Translations under genes and position numbers: made by a program
DNA from: a virus
Taxonomy: Duplodnaviria > Caudoviricetes
Strand: one strand, 5' to 3'
IMG/VR virus record: IMGVR_UViG_3300032007_000075
Coordinates: 7,587-71,586 of that record
Length of the DNA: 64,000 bases
Shown: piece after piece, positions 18,634 to 29,131 of the stretch
Layout of the letters: each line of letters starts with the position of its first letter
Position numbering within the stretch: position 1 is the first letter of the stretch
Notes under the pieces: generated by a model
Told to the model about the DNA's origin: nothing
Seen by the model: the letters and a program-made list of their open reading frames with translations, nothing else
The model's database searches: none

Positions 18634-21339
18634 ATGAGAACGCAGTTACTATCACACAACAAGACGGCCTATCAGAAAGTGATGCGGGCATTCGAGACTG
18701 CCGACCGCACCTGTGTGGTGCATCCGACCGGCACGGGCAAGTCGTATCTGATTGCCGCTGTCAGCGAGAGCTTTATGAGGGTGCTGATACTCGGGCCTAA
18801 CACGTTCGTGCTCGACCAGGTGCATTCTGTGCTGGCGTGGCGCGACAAGGCAAAGGACGCAGGGACGGTGGAATATATGACCTACTCTCTGCTGATGTAT
18901 CGGGGAGAATCACCAACGGGCTACGACCTGATTTGCCTGGACGAGTTCCACCGTGCCGGTGCACCTGAATGGGGCGAGGCCGTGGACCGCTTGCTCGAAG
19001 CGAACCTGCAGGCGAAGGTGCTCGGTACCACCGCCACACCAATCCGTTTCCTCGACGACAACCGCGACATGGCCGACGAACTGTTTGAGGGCAATATCGC
19101 ATCGTACATGACATTGAAGGACGCCTGGGACAGAAATATCCTCGCTACCCCACGCTTTGTGACTGGCTTGTTTGAGTTTGACAAGGTGGTTTCAGATATT
19201 GAGGACCGCATCAACAAGAGCCGCCGTATCGACGAGAAGGAAAAGAAGGTACGGCTGACGCGGGTGAACAACCTGCGCCTCGACTGGGAGCGTTCGCAGG
19301 GTATGCCGCAGATTATTCGCAAGCACATTGACGAAGGAGCGAAGCGTATCATCGTGTTCTGCGGTAACGTGGAGCATCTGAAGGACATGGAGCAGACGGT
19401 GCGCGAGTGGTTCCGTCGTGCGGGAAGGAAGGTGGCAGAGGTATATAATGTCCATGCCTATATGCCAGACAAGGAACTGAAGGCGGCGATGGACGGTTTC
19501 GAGGACGACGACTTCGGCGAGGGCGGCGTGAAGCTGATGCTGAGTGTGAACCTGCTGAACGAGGGTGTGCATATCCCACGTGTGAATGCGGTCATACTAC
19601 TGCGCACCACGTCGTCGAAAATCATCTACCTGCAGCAGATAGGTCGATGTCTGACTGCAGCAAACACGGATAAGCCCGTCATCCTCGACATGGTGGACAA
19701 CATCACGACCACCAACCTCGTGCATGACATCAAGGAGGGCTTCGACTGGTATGCCCATCAGAAGAATGTTGATGACGAAGAACGCGAGCCCAGCGAGCCC
19801 AAGGACTTTGTGGTGTATGACTACACGCTGGGCATCCGTCAGGCCATCGAGAAGCTGGTGCCGGTGGATTGGGTTCCCGTTTCATTTGAGGATCGTTTGG
19901 CCCGCGCAACGGCTTTCTGTGACAAATTCGGACGTGTGCCTGGAAAGCGTGATAACATAGAAGAAAAGAATAACTGGTATTTGTTGCGCGACAGATATGG
20001 CAATCGACAGGAGGTAAAAGACTTGGTGGCGAAATACCATGCCGAAATGACACGGGAAGAGAAAATCGAATGGCTTCAGCGGTATGTCAAGGAAAAGGGC
20101 TTTCTTCCAAGCAGAACAAAGGATTCTAATGAACAGGAATGCAAAGAATACAGAATATATGCAGGATTGCGCGATGAAAATCCGTGTGACCCAAGGGTTC
20201 TGGAATTGAAGGAAAAATATAGTATTGTCAAAAGCGACGACAGGCTGTTACAGGAATACCTCGACTTTGTTGAGAAGAACGACAGACTGCCAGAGCGGAT
20301 AATGAGCAAGGTTAAGACCGATGAGTTTAACCTCGCCGACTCCGTACACAGAAGACTCAGAAATCATCCGCAAGTGGTGGCACTTTGGGAGAAATATGGC
20401 AAGAAAAAGAGAGCACTGTACAAGTCTATTGAAGAACGTATGGCAGACTTGGAGGCTTTCGCGGAGAAAGAAAACCGCCTGCCAAACAAGAAGGACGGAA
20501 AGGCCTGTGTGAACTTGAAAATCCTGCAGAAAGCCAACAGGAAGAAAGCCATACCCGAACTGGAGGAACTGATGCAAAAGTACAGTCGCAAGAAAAGCGA
20601 TGAGACTGTTGCTAAGGAAGCGCAACAAGTGATAGACTTTATTGTAGCTAAGGGCAGGCGCCCTATATATACTGCCAACCATAATGAACGGCTGTTGGTG
20701 AATCTGATGAACAGTCTTCTGAAGACATATAGTGCCCATCCGAAAGTACAGGAACTTGCAGAAGTCAAGGAGGCAAACGGCAGGAAAATGAGCGACGAGG
20801 AAGTGAAGGCCAAGATAAAGGCCTTTGTTGCAAAGCATAACCGCCTGCCGCTCAAAAGTGTACCAGAAGAGGAAAGGCTACGAGAGGCATGGAGGTACAG
20901 AATGGATAGGCTGAGAGCAGAAGATCCGGAAATTCAGGCAATATATGATATTTACAAGCCGCGTCGCCAATCCTATGAGGACTTCTTTAGCGAAGTACGC
21001 AGATGGTCTGACGAGCACGGACGACTGCCAAAGAAGAGCGACGGGGACATCTATCGCCAATGGAGTCGGTTGCAATCCACATACATTAACGTTCCAGAGG
21101 TCAAGAGCTTTGCCAGCAAGTATGGTTACAACCCTGGTAAACCTTTGCTCGACATAGATGCCATCCTTGACGATATCAAAGCGTATGCGGATGAACATGG
21201 ACGGATGCCGTCGAATAATACAAGCGACCGGACGGAGAAGAAACTCGCCCGTCACTGGTCTCGCTTCAAGCGGCGTTATGCCGACAATCCGAAGCTGGTA
21301 GCGCTCAAAGAGCGTTTCCCTATTCAGAACAGGAAATAA
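18634..21339 (+). CDS. SF2 (DEAD/DEAH-like) helicase with C-terminal helicase-associated repeats, paralog 1
   Basis: HPTGTGKS, DEFH, TAT, QQIGR motifs; repeated ...F....GRLP units. Confidence 0.88.
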   Translation: MRTQLLSHNKTAYQKVMRAFETADRTCVVHPTGTGKSYLIAAVSESFMRVLILGPNTFVLDQVHSVLAWRDKAKDAGTVEYMTYSLLMYRGESPTGYDLICLDEFHRAGAPEWGEAVDRLLEANLQAKVLGTTATPIRFLDDNRDMADELFEGNIASYMTLKDAWDRNILATPRFVTGLFEFDKVVSDIEDRINKSRRIDEKEKKVRLTRVNNLRLDWERSQGMPQIIRKHIDEGAKRIIVFCGNVEHLKDMEQTVREWFRRAGRKVAEVYNVHAYMPDKELKAAMDGFEDDDFGEGGVKLMLSVNLLNEGVHIPRVNAVILLRTTSSKIIYLQQIGRCLTAANTDKPVILDMVDNITTTNLVHDIKEGFDWYAHQKNVDDEEREPSEPKDFVVYDYTLGIRQAIEKLVPVDWVPVSFEDRLARATAFCDKFGRVPGKRDNIEEKNNWYLLRDRYGNRQEVKDLVAKYHAEMTREEKIEWLQRYVKEKGFLPSRTKDSNEQECKEYRIYAGLRDENPCDPRVLELKEKYSIVKSDDRLLQEYLDFVEKNDRLPERIMSKVKTDEFNLADSVHRRLRNHPQVVALWEKYGKKKRALYKSIEERMADLEAFAEKENRLPNKKDGKACVNLKILQKANRKKAIPELEELMQKYSRKKSDETVAKEAQQVIDFIVAKGRRPIYTANHNERLLVNLMNSLLKTYSAHPKVQELAEVKEANGRKMSDEEVKAKIKAFVAKHNRLPLKSVPEEERLREAWRYRMDRLRAEDPEIQAIYDIYKPRRQSYEDFFSEVRRWSDEHGRLPKKSDGDIYRQWSRLQSTYINVPEVKSFASKYGYNPGKPLLDIDAILDDIKAYADEHGRMPSNNTSDRTEKKLARHWSRFKRRYADNPKLVALKERFPIQNRK

Positions 21340-21348
21340 TATATAGAT

Positions 21349-23841
21349 ATGAGAACCATCCTGAAGAAGCATAACAAGATAGCCTACAAAAAGGTGATGG
21401 CGGCGCTGGAGACGAGCCGTATGACCTGCGTGTGTCACCCGACTGGCACGGGTAAGTCGTACATTGCCGCAGCCGTGGCCGAGTCGTTTGATAAGGTGTT
21501 GGTATTGGCACCTGGCAAATTCGTGCTGAATCAGATACGTAGCCTGCTTGATTGGAAAGATCATGTAGAATACCGCAATTATCAATGGCTGATACTGAAC
21601 GTACTCAACCTAACAAACGAGTACGATTTGATAGTGCTCGACGAGTTTCATCGTATCGGCGGTGATGAATGGGGTGCCGCAGTCAGGCTATTGGTAGAGA
21701 ACCAACAAAACGCGAAGGTACTTGGGTTGACGGCCACACCTATCCGGTCGCACGATGACCGTGACATGGCCGACGAGTTATTTGGCAGGAATATCGCATC
21801 GCAGATGTCGATAGCAGAGGCATGGGCACAGAAGATCCTTCCAATACCTACATACATCACTGGTATCTTCAATTTCAATGACATTGTGAACGATGCCATT
21901 GTCCGCATCAGCAAAAGCCGCCGAATCAGCAAAGAGAAAAAGCGCGAACGTATCTATCGTCTCAGTAACACAAAACTGGACTGGGAAAAGTCGAGCGGTA
22001 TGGTTCGCATCCTGCAGAAACATATCGAAAAAACAATTAAGCGCATCATTGTGTTCTGTCCGAGAATAGAACGGCTGCCATCAATGCGAGACGAAACGAT
22101 AGAATGGTTTCATAAGGCTGGATTTGAGATTGCCTTTTGTGGCACAATACATAGCAATCTGACCAGACGACAGCAGCGTGACGTGATGCAGGACTTCGAG
22201 GCCAACGACGGTGACGGTGTGCGTCTAATATTCTGTGTCGATATGCTTAACGAGGGCATCCATGTCCCAGACGTCGGAGCCGTCATCATGCTGCGCACCA
22301 CCGAGAGCCGTATCATCTATATGCAGCAGCTCGGGCGAGTGCTGACAACATCAAACACCAACAACCCTATCGTGCTTGACATGGTAGACAACCTCACGAC
22401 CACAACTGCCGTCAAAGAGTTCTATGACGAGTATGAACGTCTGCAGCCAGAGCCAAGAGAAAGCTCGGACCCAAAACGATTTGAAATCATAGACTATACG
22501 CAGTCTGTTCGTGAACTGATTGAAAAACTGGTTCCAGAAGAGTTTAGTCATCTCGGGACAGATGACCGATTGGCTATTGTGCGTGTTTTTGAGAAGGAAC
22601 ACCACCGCATGCCATCCTCTCTGAAAGAACAAAACGAGTACCGACACTGGCGGTGGCTGCTCACCAACGCATACAACCACCCAGAGGTGCAGGCGTATAT
22701 CAGTAAGTATGGTCTGCATCTCGGATATAGAAAGCACACCTTTGAAGAGAGCCTGAAGATGTTTACCGACTTCTACGACGAGTACGGGCGGTTGCCGAAG
22801 CGCAAGAACGGAAAGAAAGAGGGTCAAATAGAGGCTATATGGAAGAATGCTCGCAAGCATCACCTTGATCACCCAGTAGTACATGAGTACGTAGAAAAGG
22901 TGCGCCGAGACAACGAAGCCGCCGAGGATAAAAAGATAGCACAATACGCCAAGACCGTGACTGAAATATGTGAGTCGAAAACAAGCTCTCTTTCTAAAAT
23001 ACCAGAGTGGCGTTATCTCGAAGCCCATCATCCGGCAAACCCATTGACGATTGAACTTAGAAAGAAGTATGGCAAGTTTCGCATGCCTACATTTTCTGTG
23101 GATAAACGTATCGCCATGGTTCTGGAATATTGTAAGGAGAAGGGCTATCTACCAAAGGCAAGAGACGGAAACACTCAATACATTTGGAGACATCTTTTAA
23201 AATCTTATCCAGACCACCCGGGTGTGAAGGAGATAGTTGACAACTATTCCCCATACGACCGCATGAGCACTCAGGTCGATAATGCTTTGCGAATAGTTCG
23301 TCAGTTCACCGACGACAACGGGCGGTTGCCGAAACTTGCAGAGGGTGTACCAGGCGCGAAATGGAAATCACTAACAAAACTTCATCGCGACCATCCCGAA
23401 GTACAGGCACTGATCAAGGAATATGGCTATGCGCCTGACCAGTTTAAGAAAATCTGTGATGACGTGCGTGCCTATTATGAGGAGAATGGCTGTTTTCCTC
23501 GCTTTCGCGACGAACCAAAACTTTACGCCAGATGGAAGAGAATCCGGAAAAAACATCCAGACCGTGAAGACGTTCAGGAACTGATGGCTCTTGACGTCAA
23601 ACGCCGCCGCACCATGCAAGAGGAACAGCGTATCGACAAATATGAGCGGTTCCTTGCAAAACATGGGCACCATGCACGGCGAGGTCTCAATGAAAAGGAA
23701 TACAACCTATGGAGCGGCCTTTATTCATCATTGCCCAATCACCCTCGTATCATGGCAATAGTCGAGAAATACGGGCGAAGTTATATGGAATGGAAGAAAC
23801 AAAATAGCAAAAATGATTATGGAACAGAAGAAACAGAATGA
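21349..23841 (+). CDS. SF2 helicase with C-terminal helicase-associated repeats, paralog 2
   Basis: HPTGTGKS, DEFH, TAT, QQLGR motifs; repeats ending HP.V..I...YG. Confidence 0.88.
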   Translation: MRTILKKHNKIAYKKVMAALETSRMTCVCHPTGTGKSYIAAAVAESFDKVLVLAPGKFVLNQIRSLLDWKDHVEYRNYQWLILNVLNLTNEYDLIVLDEFHRIGGDEWGAAVRLLVENQQNAKVLGLTATPIRSHDDRDMADELFGRNIASQMSIAEAWAQKILPIPTYITGIFNFNDIVNDAIVRISKSRRISKEKKRERIYRLSNTKLDWEKSSGMVRILQKHIEKTIKRIIVFCPRIERLPSMRDETIEWFHKAGFEIAFCGTIHSNLTRRQQRDVMQDFEANDGDGVRLIFCVDMLNEGIHVPDVGAVIMLRTTESRIIYMQQLGRVLTTSNTNNPIVLDMVDNLTTTTAVKEFYDEYERLQPEPRESSDPKRFEIIDYTQSVRELIEKLVPEEFSHLGTDDRLAIVRVFEKEHHRMPSSLKEQNEYRHWRWLLTNAYNHPEVQAYISKYGLHLGYRKHTFEESLKMFTDFYDEYGRLPKRKNGKKEGQIEAIWKNARKHHLDHPVVHEYVEKVRRDNEAAEDKKIAQYAKTVTEICESKTSSLSKIPEWRYLEAHHPANPLTIELRKKYGKFRMPTFSVDKRIAMVLEYCKEKGYLPKARDGNTQYIWRHLLKSYPDHPGVKEIVDNYSPYDRMSTQVDNALRIVRQFTDDNGRLPKLAEGVPGAKWKSLTKLHRDHPEVQALIKEYGYAPDQFKKICDDVRAYYEENGCFPRFRDEPKLYARWKRIRKKHPDREDVQELMALDVKRRRTMQEEQRIDKYERFLAKHGHHARRGLNEKEYNLWSGLYSSLPNHPRIMAIVEKYGRSYMEWKKQNSKNDYGTEETE

Positions 23842-23953
23842 AGTGAGTGACAGCACCCGTGCTGTTCTCCGCGAAATCCTCGACATTTATTATGCGGATG
23901 GATTTGAAGCGATGCTTAACAAAGTGAAGGAACTAGCTGGTGTGGAGAGGTGA
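23819..23953 (+). CDS. Small hypothetical protein (44 aa)
   Basis: Hand-translated MEQKKQNEVSDSTRAVLREILDIYY... Confidence 0.5.
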   Translation: MEQKKQNEVSDSTRAVLREILDIYYADGFEAMLNKVKELAGVER

Positions 23954-24894
23954 CTATGGGCAAAACATTGAAAATCCTTTCCCGTCCACAGGGGAATGCG
24001 GAAGAATATGGGCGATGGAGTGTGAATCCATATCTCGGGTGTCGGAATGGCTGCCTGTACTGCTATTTGAAGAGCGGTCCCGGTGCGAAGACGCTCGGCG
24101 GGAATGTGGCCACGCTGAAGAAGGGCGTGGTGAATGATGAACACGCCTTCCACCTGGCAATGGCGGAGATTATCGAGCACCGCGACGAGATTATCCGCGA
24201 CGGCGGGCTGTTTATGACGTTCACAAGTGATCCGTGCGCCGAGGAAACAAGAATACTGTTTGTCAGAATTGGCGCCGATAGCATCCATAAAGGAATCCCT
24301 GTCACTCTACTGACAAAGAGTACGAACTTCTGCCGCGAGTGGATTTGCTTGGTAAGAACGCCTATTCTTACTCGTTTAGGTAGAGATATAGAATCAGAAT
24401 ACTATTACGAACATCTCCGTAGTCTCGCCATCGGTTACACCTTGACTGGACACGATGAGTTGGAACCAAATGCTTGCTCCAATGAACAGCGTATCAAAGA
24501 TATGGCTCACGTTAAGGATTTTGAAGGCGGCGAGAATGTTCATTTGTGGGCGAGCGTCGAGCCTGTCATCGACTTCCCTTCTTCGCTCGACATGATTTAT
24601 CAGGCACTGAATGCGGGCTGCCAGCACTTCAAGATCGGACTACTGACGAACAACACGCGACTGGTGCGCAAGCCGTTTGAGTTTGGCGAGCATAAGTTCG
24701 ATGCTTACAAAGTTAAGGACTGCCTGCACTTCATCGAGGACGTGATGCGGATAACTGACGGCAAGGCTACGGTGTACTGGAAACAATCAGTGCGAGACCT
24801 GCTGGAGACTATCTATACCCCCGCAGCCGTTGACGATCTCTTGAATTATCCGCATTCCGTCGGCAAGGACTGGAGTATGTTTAATGACAAATAA
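23950..24894 (+). CDS. Radical SAM protein (spore photoproduct lyase-like family)
   Basis: NPYLGCRNGCLYCY CxxxCxxC motif; FTSDP and SVEPV motifs. Confidence 0.85.
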   Translation: MTMGKTLKILSRPQGNAEEYGRWSVNPYLGCRNGCLYCYLKSGPGAKTLGGNVATLKKGVVNDEHAFHLAMAEIIEHRDEIIRDGGLFMTFTSDPCAEETRILFVRIGADSIHKGIPVTLLTKSTNFCREWICLVRTPILTRLGRDIESEYYYEHLRSLAIGYTLTGHDELEPNACSNEQRIKDMAHVKDFEGGENVHLWASVEPVIDFPSSLDMIYQALNAGCQHFKIGLLTNNTRLVRKPFEFGEHKFDAYKVKDCLHFIEDVMRITDGKATVYWKQSVRDLLETIYTPAAVDDLLNYPHSVGKDWSMFNDK

Positions 24895-24898
24895 AACT

Positions 24899-25039
24899 AT
24901 GGAAGATATGAACGAAGAACGAAAGGTGCTGATGGCCGTGGCCGCTGCCGACGTGCAGCACAATGGAGCCTTGCAGGAGGCTATCGACGGCCACCGCGAG
25001 GACATCAAGTCGGGCAAGGTGGTGATAAAGAACCGCTGA
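24899..25039 (+). CDS. Small hypothetical protein
   Basis: Hand-translated MEDMNEERKVLMAVAAAD... Confidence 0.5.
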   Translation: MEDMNEERKVLMAVAAADVQHNGALQEAIDGHREDIKSGKVVIKNR

Positions 25040-25120
25040 TTACACGTAATCGCTTTAGCGCTTTCACAAAGCGTAGCGACTGAAAGAATTATTTTTCATC
25101 AATTAAAAACATTCAAGATT

Positions 25121-25531
25121 ATGACACAGATTGAATTTGAGAACCAGATGAGAGAGTTGCGCACTCAGAAAGGCGCAGAGTTGACAGCCATTGCAAAGAT
25201 GCAGGGCGAAGTGAAGGAAGAAATTGCGGCCATCGACCGCCAAGTGAAGGAACTGCGAGCCAAGCGCGAGAAGCTGAACCAGCAGCGCATTATGATTGCC
25301 AACCGCCGTTTCGACTTGGAGCGAGAGTGGGGCGCAAAGATCAAGAAGTTCTACGACGAGAACTACACGACGAGCCGCGAACTGGAGAACGTCAGCGAGT
25401 GGGCACTGGCCAACGAACTGCGGCACCGAGGCTACACGGGTCAGCTGATAAACCCCGAAAAGGACGAGGAGTTTATGATGAACCTCAATGGCAAACTGAA
25501 TGGCTGTGAGCAAGGCAAAGCGCAAGACTGA
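25121..25531 (+). CDS. Hypothetical coiled-coil protein
   Basis: 136-aa ORF in the plus-strand operon. Confidence 0.7.
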   Translation: MTQIEFENQMRELRTQKGAELTAIAKMQGEVKEEIAAIDRQVKELRAKREKLNQQRIMIANRRFDLEREWGAKIKKFYDENYTTSRELENVSEWALANELRHRGYTGQLINPEKDEEFMMNLNGKLNGCEQGKAQD

Positions 25532-25536
25532 CCGAT

Positions 25537-25911
25537 ATGGAACTGCATCTGAAGATTAACGACGTGGTGGGAATGGACGACGAGAACCGTCACATACTGC
25601 GAGTGGACGAGGAAAGTCTGCGCACGGCACTCATGGAGCACCCAGGCTGGCTTACGCAGAACGTGGTCAAGGAATGGCTCTTGAAGCACAATACCCGACT
25701 GCTGAACGAAATCATCGACGACCCCACGCTGCGCAACAACATCTACATGGACGAAAAGGCCAAGCGTGAGAACAAGGCAGAGCGCCGCGAGCGTCACCGT
25801 CTGATAGAGATAGAGAAGCAGCACCGCCGCGACCAGTTCCTCGCCTCGAAGAACTACCGCAAAAGCGTGGACTATATTCACAATGTATTAGGTTGGAACG
25901 ATGGAGAATAA
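25537..25911 (+). CDS. Hypothetical protein
   Basis: 124-aa ORF in the operon. Confidence 0.7.
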   Translation: MELHLKINDVVGMDDENRHILRVDEESLRTALMEHPGWLTQNVVKEWLLKHNTRLLNEIIDDPTLRNNIYMDEKAKRENKAERRERHRLIEIEKQHRRDQFLASKNYRKSVDYIHNVLGWNDGE

Positions 25912-26221
25912 ACCAATCAATCTGCACGAGGAAGCGCAGGCCATCCATTGGGTACGGCTGGCAGCCGAGTCACTGACAAGTGGCGATCGCGACAATGGCG
26001 GGGTCACGCACTTCATCTGCAACGACCTAAAAATGCCGAAGCGGTTGTCACAGGAAAAGCAGACGTTCCTTATGCTCGAACTCATCAGCAGGGAGCCTCG
26101 CCCGTTCGTCGAATACCTCGAAAGCGGCTGCACCAACCTGCGCCGTGTCGAGGTCGTAGGCGACGGCACGAAGAAATCACCCTTCAAGGCGCAATGGAGA
26201 GACGATTATTACAGGGACTGA
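25901..26221 (+). CDS. Hypothetical protein
   Basis: 106-aa ORF overlapping the previous stop. Confidence 0.65.
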   Translation: MENKPINLHEEAQAIHWVRLAAESLTSGDRDNGGVTHFICNDLKMPKRLSQEKQTFLMLELISREPRPFVEYLESGCTNLRRVEVVGDGTKKSPFKAQWRDDYYRD

Positions 26222-26287
26222 AAGGTCAAGGGGTCTGACCCCGTGACCAAATAGTAACATATAACTATATATAAAAGGTATAAGACT

Positions 26288-26494
26288 ATGGCGAATAAAT
26301 TTCTAGGTAACGGACTGAGCCGCACGGCGATGGTGTTTAAGATTGCGACGCTGGCAGGACATAAGCTGACGGTTCCAGAACTGAACCGCATCAAGGATAT
26401 CAACCCCCGCGCCCTGGAGCGTGTCTATGACTCCGTATTGGAGGGGGTAAGTAAAGGCGACGCGCTGTTTGCGCTCAGACTGGTATTGAAGTAA
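26288..26494 (+). CDS. Hypothetical protein
   Basis: 68-aa ORF with good start context. Confidence 0.65.
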   Translation: MANKFLGNGLSRTAMVFKIATLAGHKLTVPELNRIKDINPRALERVYDSVLEGVSKGDALFALRLVLK

Positions 26495-26633
26495 TATGAA
26501 ATAATATAAAGCGATATGACAAGAGAAGAAAAAATAGAGTTGTTTAAAACACAATGTAGACGTTTGGAATATAGTGCTGAAATGTTAGTAAGCGACAAGT
26601 ATGATATTGAACCAGTAATTAAAATGAGTAACT

Positions 26634-27146
26634 ATGGCAACAATTGACTACAAAGAGAAGTATGAGAAAGCAGTACAGGCTGCAATGCTGGCAAAGCAGG
26701 ACACAGAGTCTGCTGTAACTATTGGAATCCTTGAAGAAATATTCCCCGAACTCAGAGAGAGTGAGGATGAGAGAATAAGGAAAGAGTTAATTGCTTTTAT
26801 TAAAAAACAGGAGGGACAAACTCTGCCTAATAATGGAGAAACCTGGATAGCCTGGATCGAAAAGCAAGGTGAGCAAAAGCCTGCTGAACCAATACTTTCA
26901 AAAGAAGTTGATAGTCAAATTTGGCAAATTGCAAATAATGCTGGTATAACTTATGACCAAAGTATTTCTCTTTTAATGGCCACTAAGAAAGCCTATGACA
27001 AAGGCAAGGAAGATGCTATTAAAGAGCAGAAGCACTGGAAGCCGAGTGTTGAGCAGATGAAGGCACTTAATAAAGCAATGTATCATGTGGATGATAGTGT
27101 TGCTACTCAGATTGCAATGTTAATAGGTGAACTAAGTAAATTATAA
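26634..27146 (+). CDS. Hypothetical Bacteroidales-phage protein (ESEDERIRKELI motif)
   Basis: 170 aa, AT-rich. Confidence 0.7.
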   Translation: MATIDYKEKYEKAVQAAMLAKQDTESAVTIGILEEIFPELRESEDERIRKELIAFIKKQEGQTLPNNGETWIAWIEKQGEQKPAEPILSKEVDSQIWQIANNAGITYDQSISLLMATKKAYDKGKEDAIKEQKHWKPSVEQMKALNKAMYHVDDSVATQIAMLIGELSKL

Positions 27147-27150
27147 AGTT

Positions 27151-27243
27151 ATGAAAGCAAACGGAGCACTAGAGTATGCGACGAAATCTACGAACTCGAC
27201 CAGATTAGCGAGGAGTGGGCAAAGGAACATAAGGAGGACTGAA
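27151..27243 (+). pseudogene. Chimeric gene remnant (MKAN-type start out of frame with a ...DEIYELDQISEEWAKEHKED* end)
   Basis: First 25 nt nearly identical to the start of 33650; the tail frame ends at the AAGGAGGACTGA junction motif. Confidence 0.45.
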
Positions 27244-27259
27244 CGATGCGGTAAGCGAT

Positions 27260-27838
27260 ATGGAGATACGCGAGAAGATACAGCAGAAGTGTGAGCGGAT
27301 TGCAGCAAACATTGCCGACCACGGGTGCTCGGAAGGTACGGAGATAGCTACCCAGATGGAAATGCTCTGGCTGGCGCTACAGATGACACTGCGCGGCGTG
27401 CTGTTCTCATACAGTGCCGACGAAAGCACGTACCAAAATGGTGACGAGAGCTATTACTACTATTGGGCTATCTCGGCCAGCGAGGAGCGTGACAAAGTGG
27501 ATGGGTTTCTTAGATGTTATGCCGTGCTGTCAGCCAACGAACTGAAGAAACTATACATCCTCGTCGCTGATGACAGCCGTCAGTACGACAATGTAAAGCT
27601 GGTGCGACGGCAGGTGATGCGCCGCGACCGTCAGCGCCGTCAGCGCGAGAAGAAAGAGCGTCTTGAGTGGGAACAGCGCGAGAAGGAAGAGCGTCTTGAG
27701 CGGGAACAGCGCGAGGAAGAAAAACGTGAAGCCGCCATGCAGGAAGCCTACGACCACCGCGATGACTTGACATGGCTCGTCAGCCGTATCGAGTCGCTTG
27801 GCTGGGAGGTGACGCTGAAAAAGAAAACCACGGATTAA
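27260..27838 (+). CDS. Hypothetical protein with a charged repeat
   Basis: 192 aa. Confidence 0.7.
   Translation: MEIREKIQQKCERIAANIADHGCSEGTEIATQMEMLWLALQMTLRGVLFSYSADESTYQNGDESYYYYWAISASEERDKVDGFLRCYAVLSANELKKLYILVADDSRQYDNVKLVRRQVMRRDRQRRQREKKERLEWEQREKEERLEREQREEEKREAAMQEAYDHRDDLTWLVSRIESLGWEVTLKKKTTD
27641..27720 (+). repeat. 33-bp tandem repeat (about 2.5 copies) encoding QREK(K/E)ERLE(W/R)E
   Basis: CAGCGCGAG recurs at 27641, 27674 and 27707. Confidence 0.8.
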
Positions 27839-27854
27839 ATAAATAAAAGGAATT

Positions 27855-28490
27855 ATGGCAGAAAAGAAACTAATAGAGTTTAAGGTTCTAAAGAAGAACC
27901 AGTACGGGCACAGATGGATATTGGAGCCCAAGGAGCGCATCAAGTTCCGCGAGAAATGCAAGTTCAACAAGTTGGGTACGCTGTGCGAGAAGGGTTACTA
28001 TTGCTACACATGCAACCCTCACACAAGAGTGATTGACGGCCAACTGATAGGCTGCACACCAGACGTGTCATGTCCGCGACTGAGAACGTGGGATAAGAAG
28101 CACGGACTGGAGAGACCTTTCACGATGGTCGAAAACAAATACCCAGACATGAAGCCGACCTCGTTCACGTGGCAGCCTGCCACGGAGAGTCCTGGAAAGC
28201 GACGCGTGCTGATGGCGTTTACGAGAAAAGACCTGAAAGAAGGTCAGTACGTGTTTGAATCCGTGCGGTTCTTATCCGCCGACGTGCGGCCAGCCGAGTG
28301 TGAATTTCACGACAGCGAGGGGCGCAAGCAGTTGCCCGTGGCATGGGCATACTACGACGAGATTGTCAAGGGCATCGAACCTTGGATGATCAGCCGCGCC
28401 GAGAGTGCTGCATGGGCTTGGTGGCCCGACAAGGAAGAAGACAAACAAGGAGGACTGACGGATGAAAGTCAAGATAGAGGGAATGTATAA
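27855..28490 (+). CDS. Hypothetical protein with a Cys-rich N-terminus
   Basis: 211 aa, CKF...LC..GYYCY.C..CP. Confidence 0.7.
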   Translation: MAEKKLIEFKVLKKNQYGHRWILEPKERIKFREKCKFNKLGTLCEKGYYCYTCNPHTRVIDGQLIGCTPDVSCPRLRTWDKKHGLERPFTMVENKYPDMKPTSFTWQPATESPGKRRVLMAFTRKDLKEGQYVFESVRFLSADVRPAECEFHDSEGRKQLPVAWAYYDEIVKGIEPWMISRAESAAWAWWPDKEEDKQGGLTDESQDRGNV

Positions 28491-28731
28491 CATCATAGGG
28501 AGAGGATGGATATTGTCTGTCACTGACAAACGCCTCTCCAGATGCAAGGTGCCTTGCGGGTCCACCGTCACGGCGTGCGACAAGGTGTTCACCATCATAG
28601 GCGTGGAGCGTTCTTCGTATGGCGAGGGTTGGTTTAGTCCTTCGATAGGAATCAGACTCAGACCGAACGATCAGGTGAAGGAGTGCTTCCACGAGGGTCA
28701 GGAGATTGAAATTGAAACAAATGACATATAA
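28462..28731 (+). CDS. Hypothetical protein
   Basis: 89 aa, starts at the junction motif. Confidence 0.7.
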   Translation: MKVKIEGMYNIIGRGWILSVTDKRLSRCKVPCGSTVTACDKVFTIIGVERSSYGEGWFSPSIGIRLRPNDQVKECFHEGQEIEIETNDI

Positions 28732-28734
28732 ATT

Positions 28735-28953
28735 ATGACAGGACAAGAGTTTATCACGGGCGTATGGTTTGCCATCGACCACCTTGTGCGCTACGAGGAT
28801 CAGCCGTCGATGGCCGTTGAGATTGCCGACGCTGCTGGCATCAGCCGCAAGCAGGCTTGCCAACTGTGGAAGGACAGCGACATGGAGGGCTGCGACAACG
28901 AGAACCGCATGACGTGGTTCTTGGAAAATGAGAAATTTGTGAAGGAGGACTGA
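28735..28953 (+). CDS. Hypothetical protein
   Basis: 72 aa, ends in KED* at the junction motif. Confidence 0.7.
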   Translation: MTGQEFITGVWFAIDHLVRYEDQPSMAVEIADAAGISRKQACQLWKDSDMEGCDNENRMTWFLENEKFVKED

Positions 28954-28956
28954 CGG

Positions 28957-29130
28957 ATGAGATATTTGTTTTCATTTCTGATAACCATCATAATACTCAT
29001 TGTATCATTCGTTGCGTATGCTTTCGTCTGCTGGTTATTTGACAACAAGCCGACATTCACTAACTTTACGTTTGTTTTGATAGTGAACCTGATGTGGCAA
29101 TTTTATCACGAAGGAATGAAAGATAAATAA
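28957..29130 (+). CDS. Small membrane protein (57 aa)
   Basis: Hand-translated MRYLFSFLITIIILIVSFVAYAFVCWLF...; hydrophobic; starts at the junction motif. Confidence 0.6.
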   Translation: MRYLFSFLITIIILIVSFVAYAFVCWLFDNKPTFTNFTFVLIVNLMWQFYHEGMKDK

Positions 29131-29131
29131 T

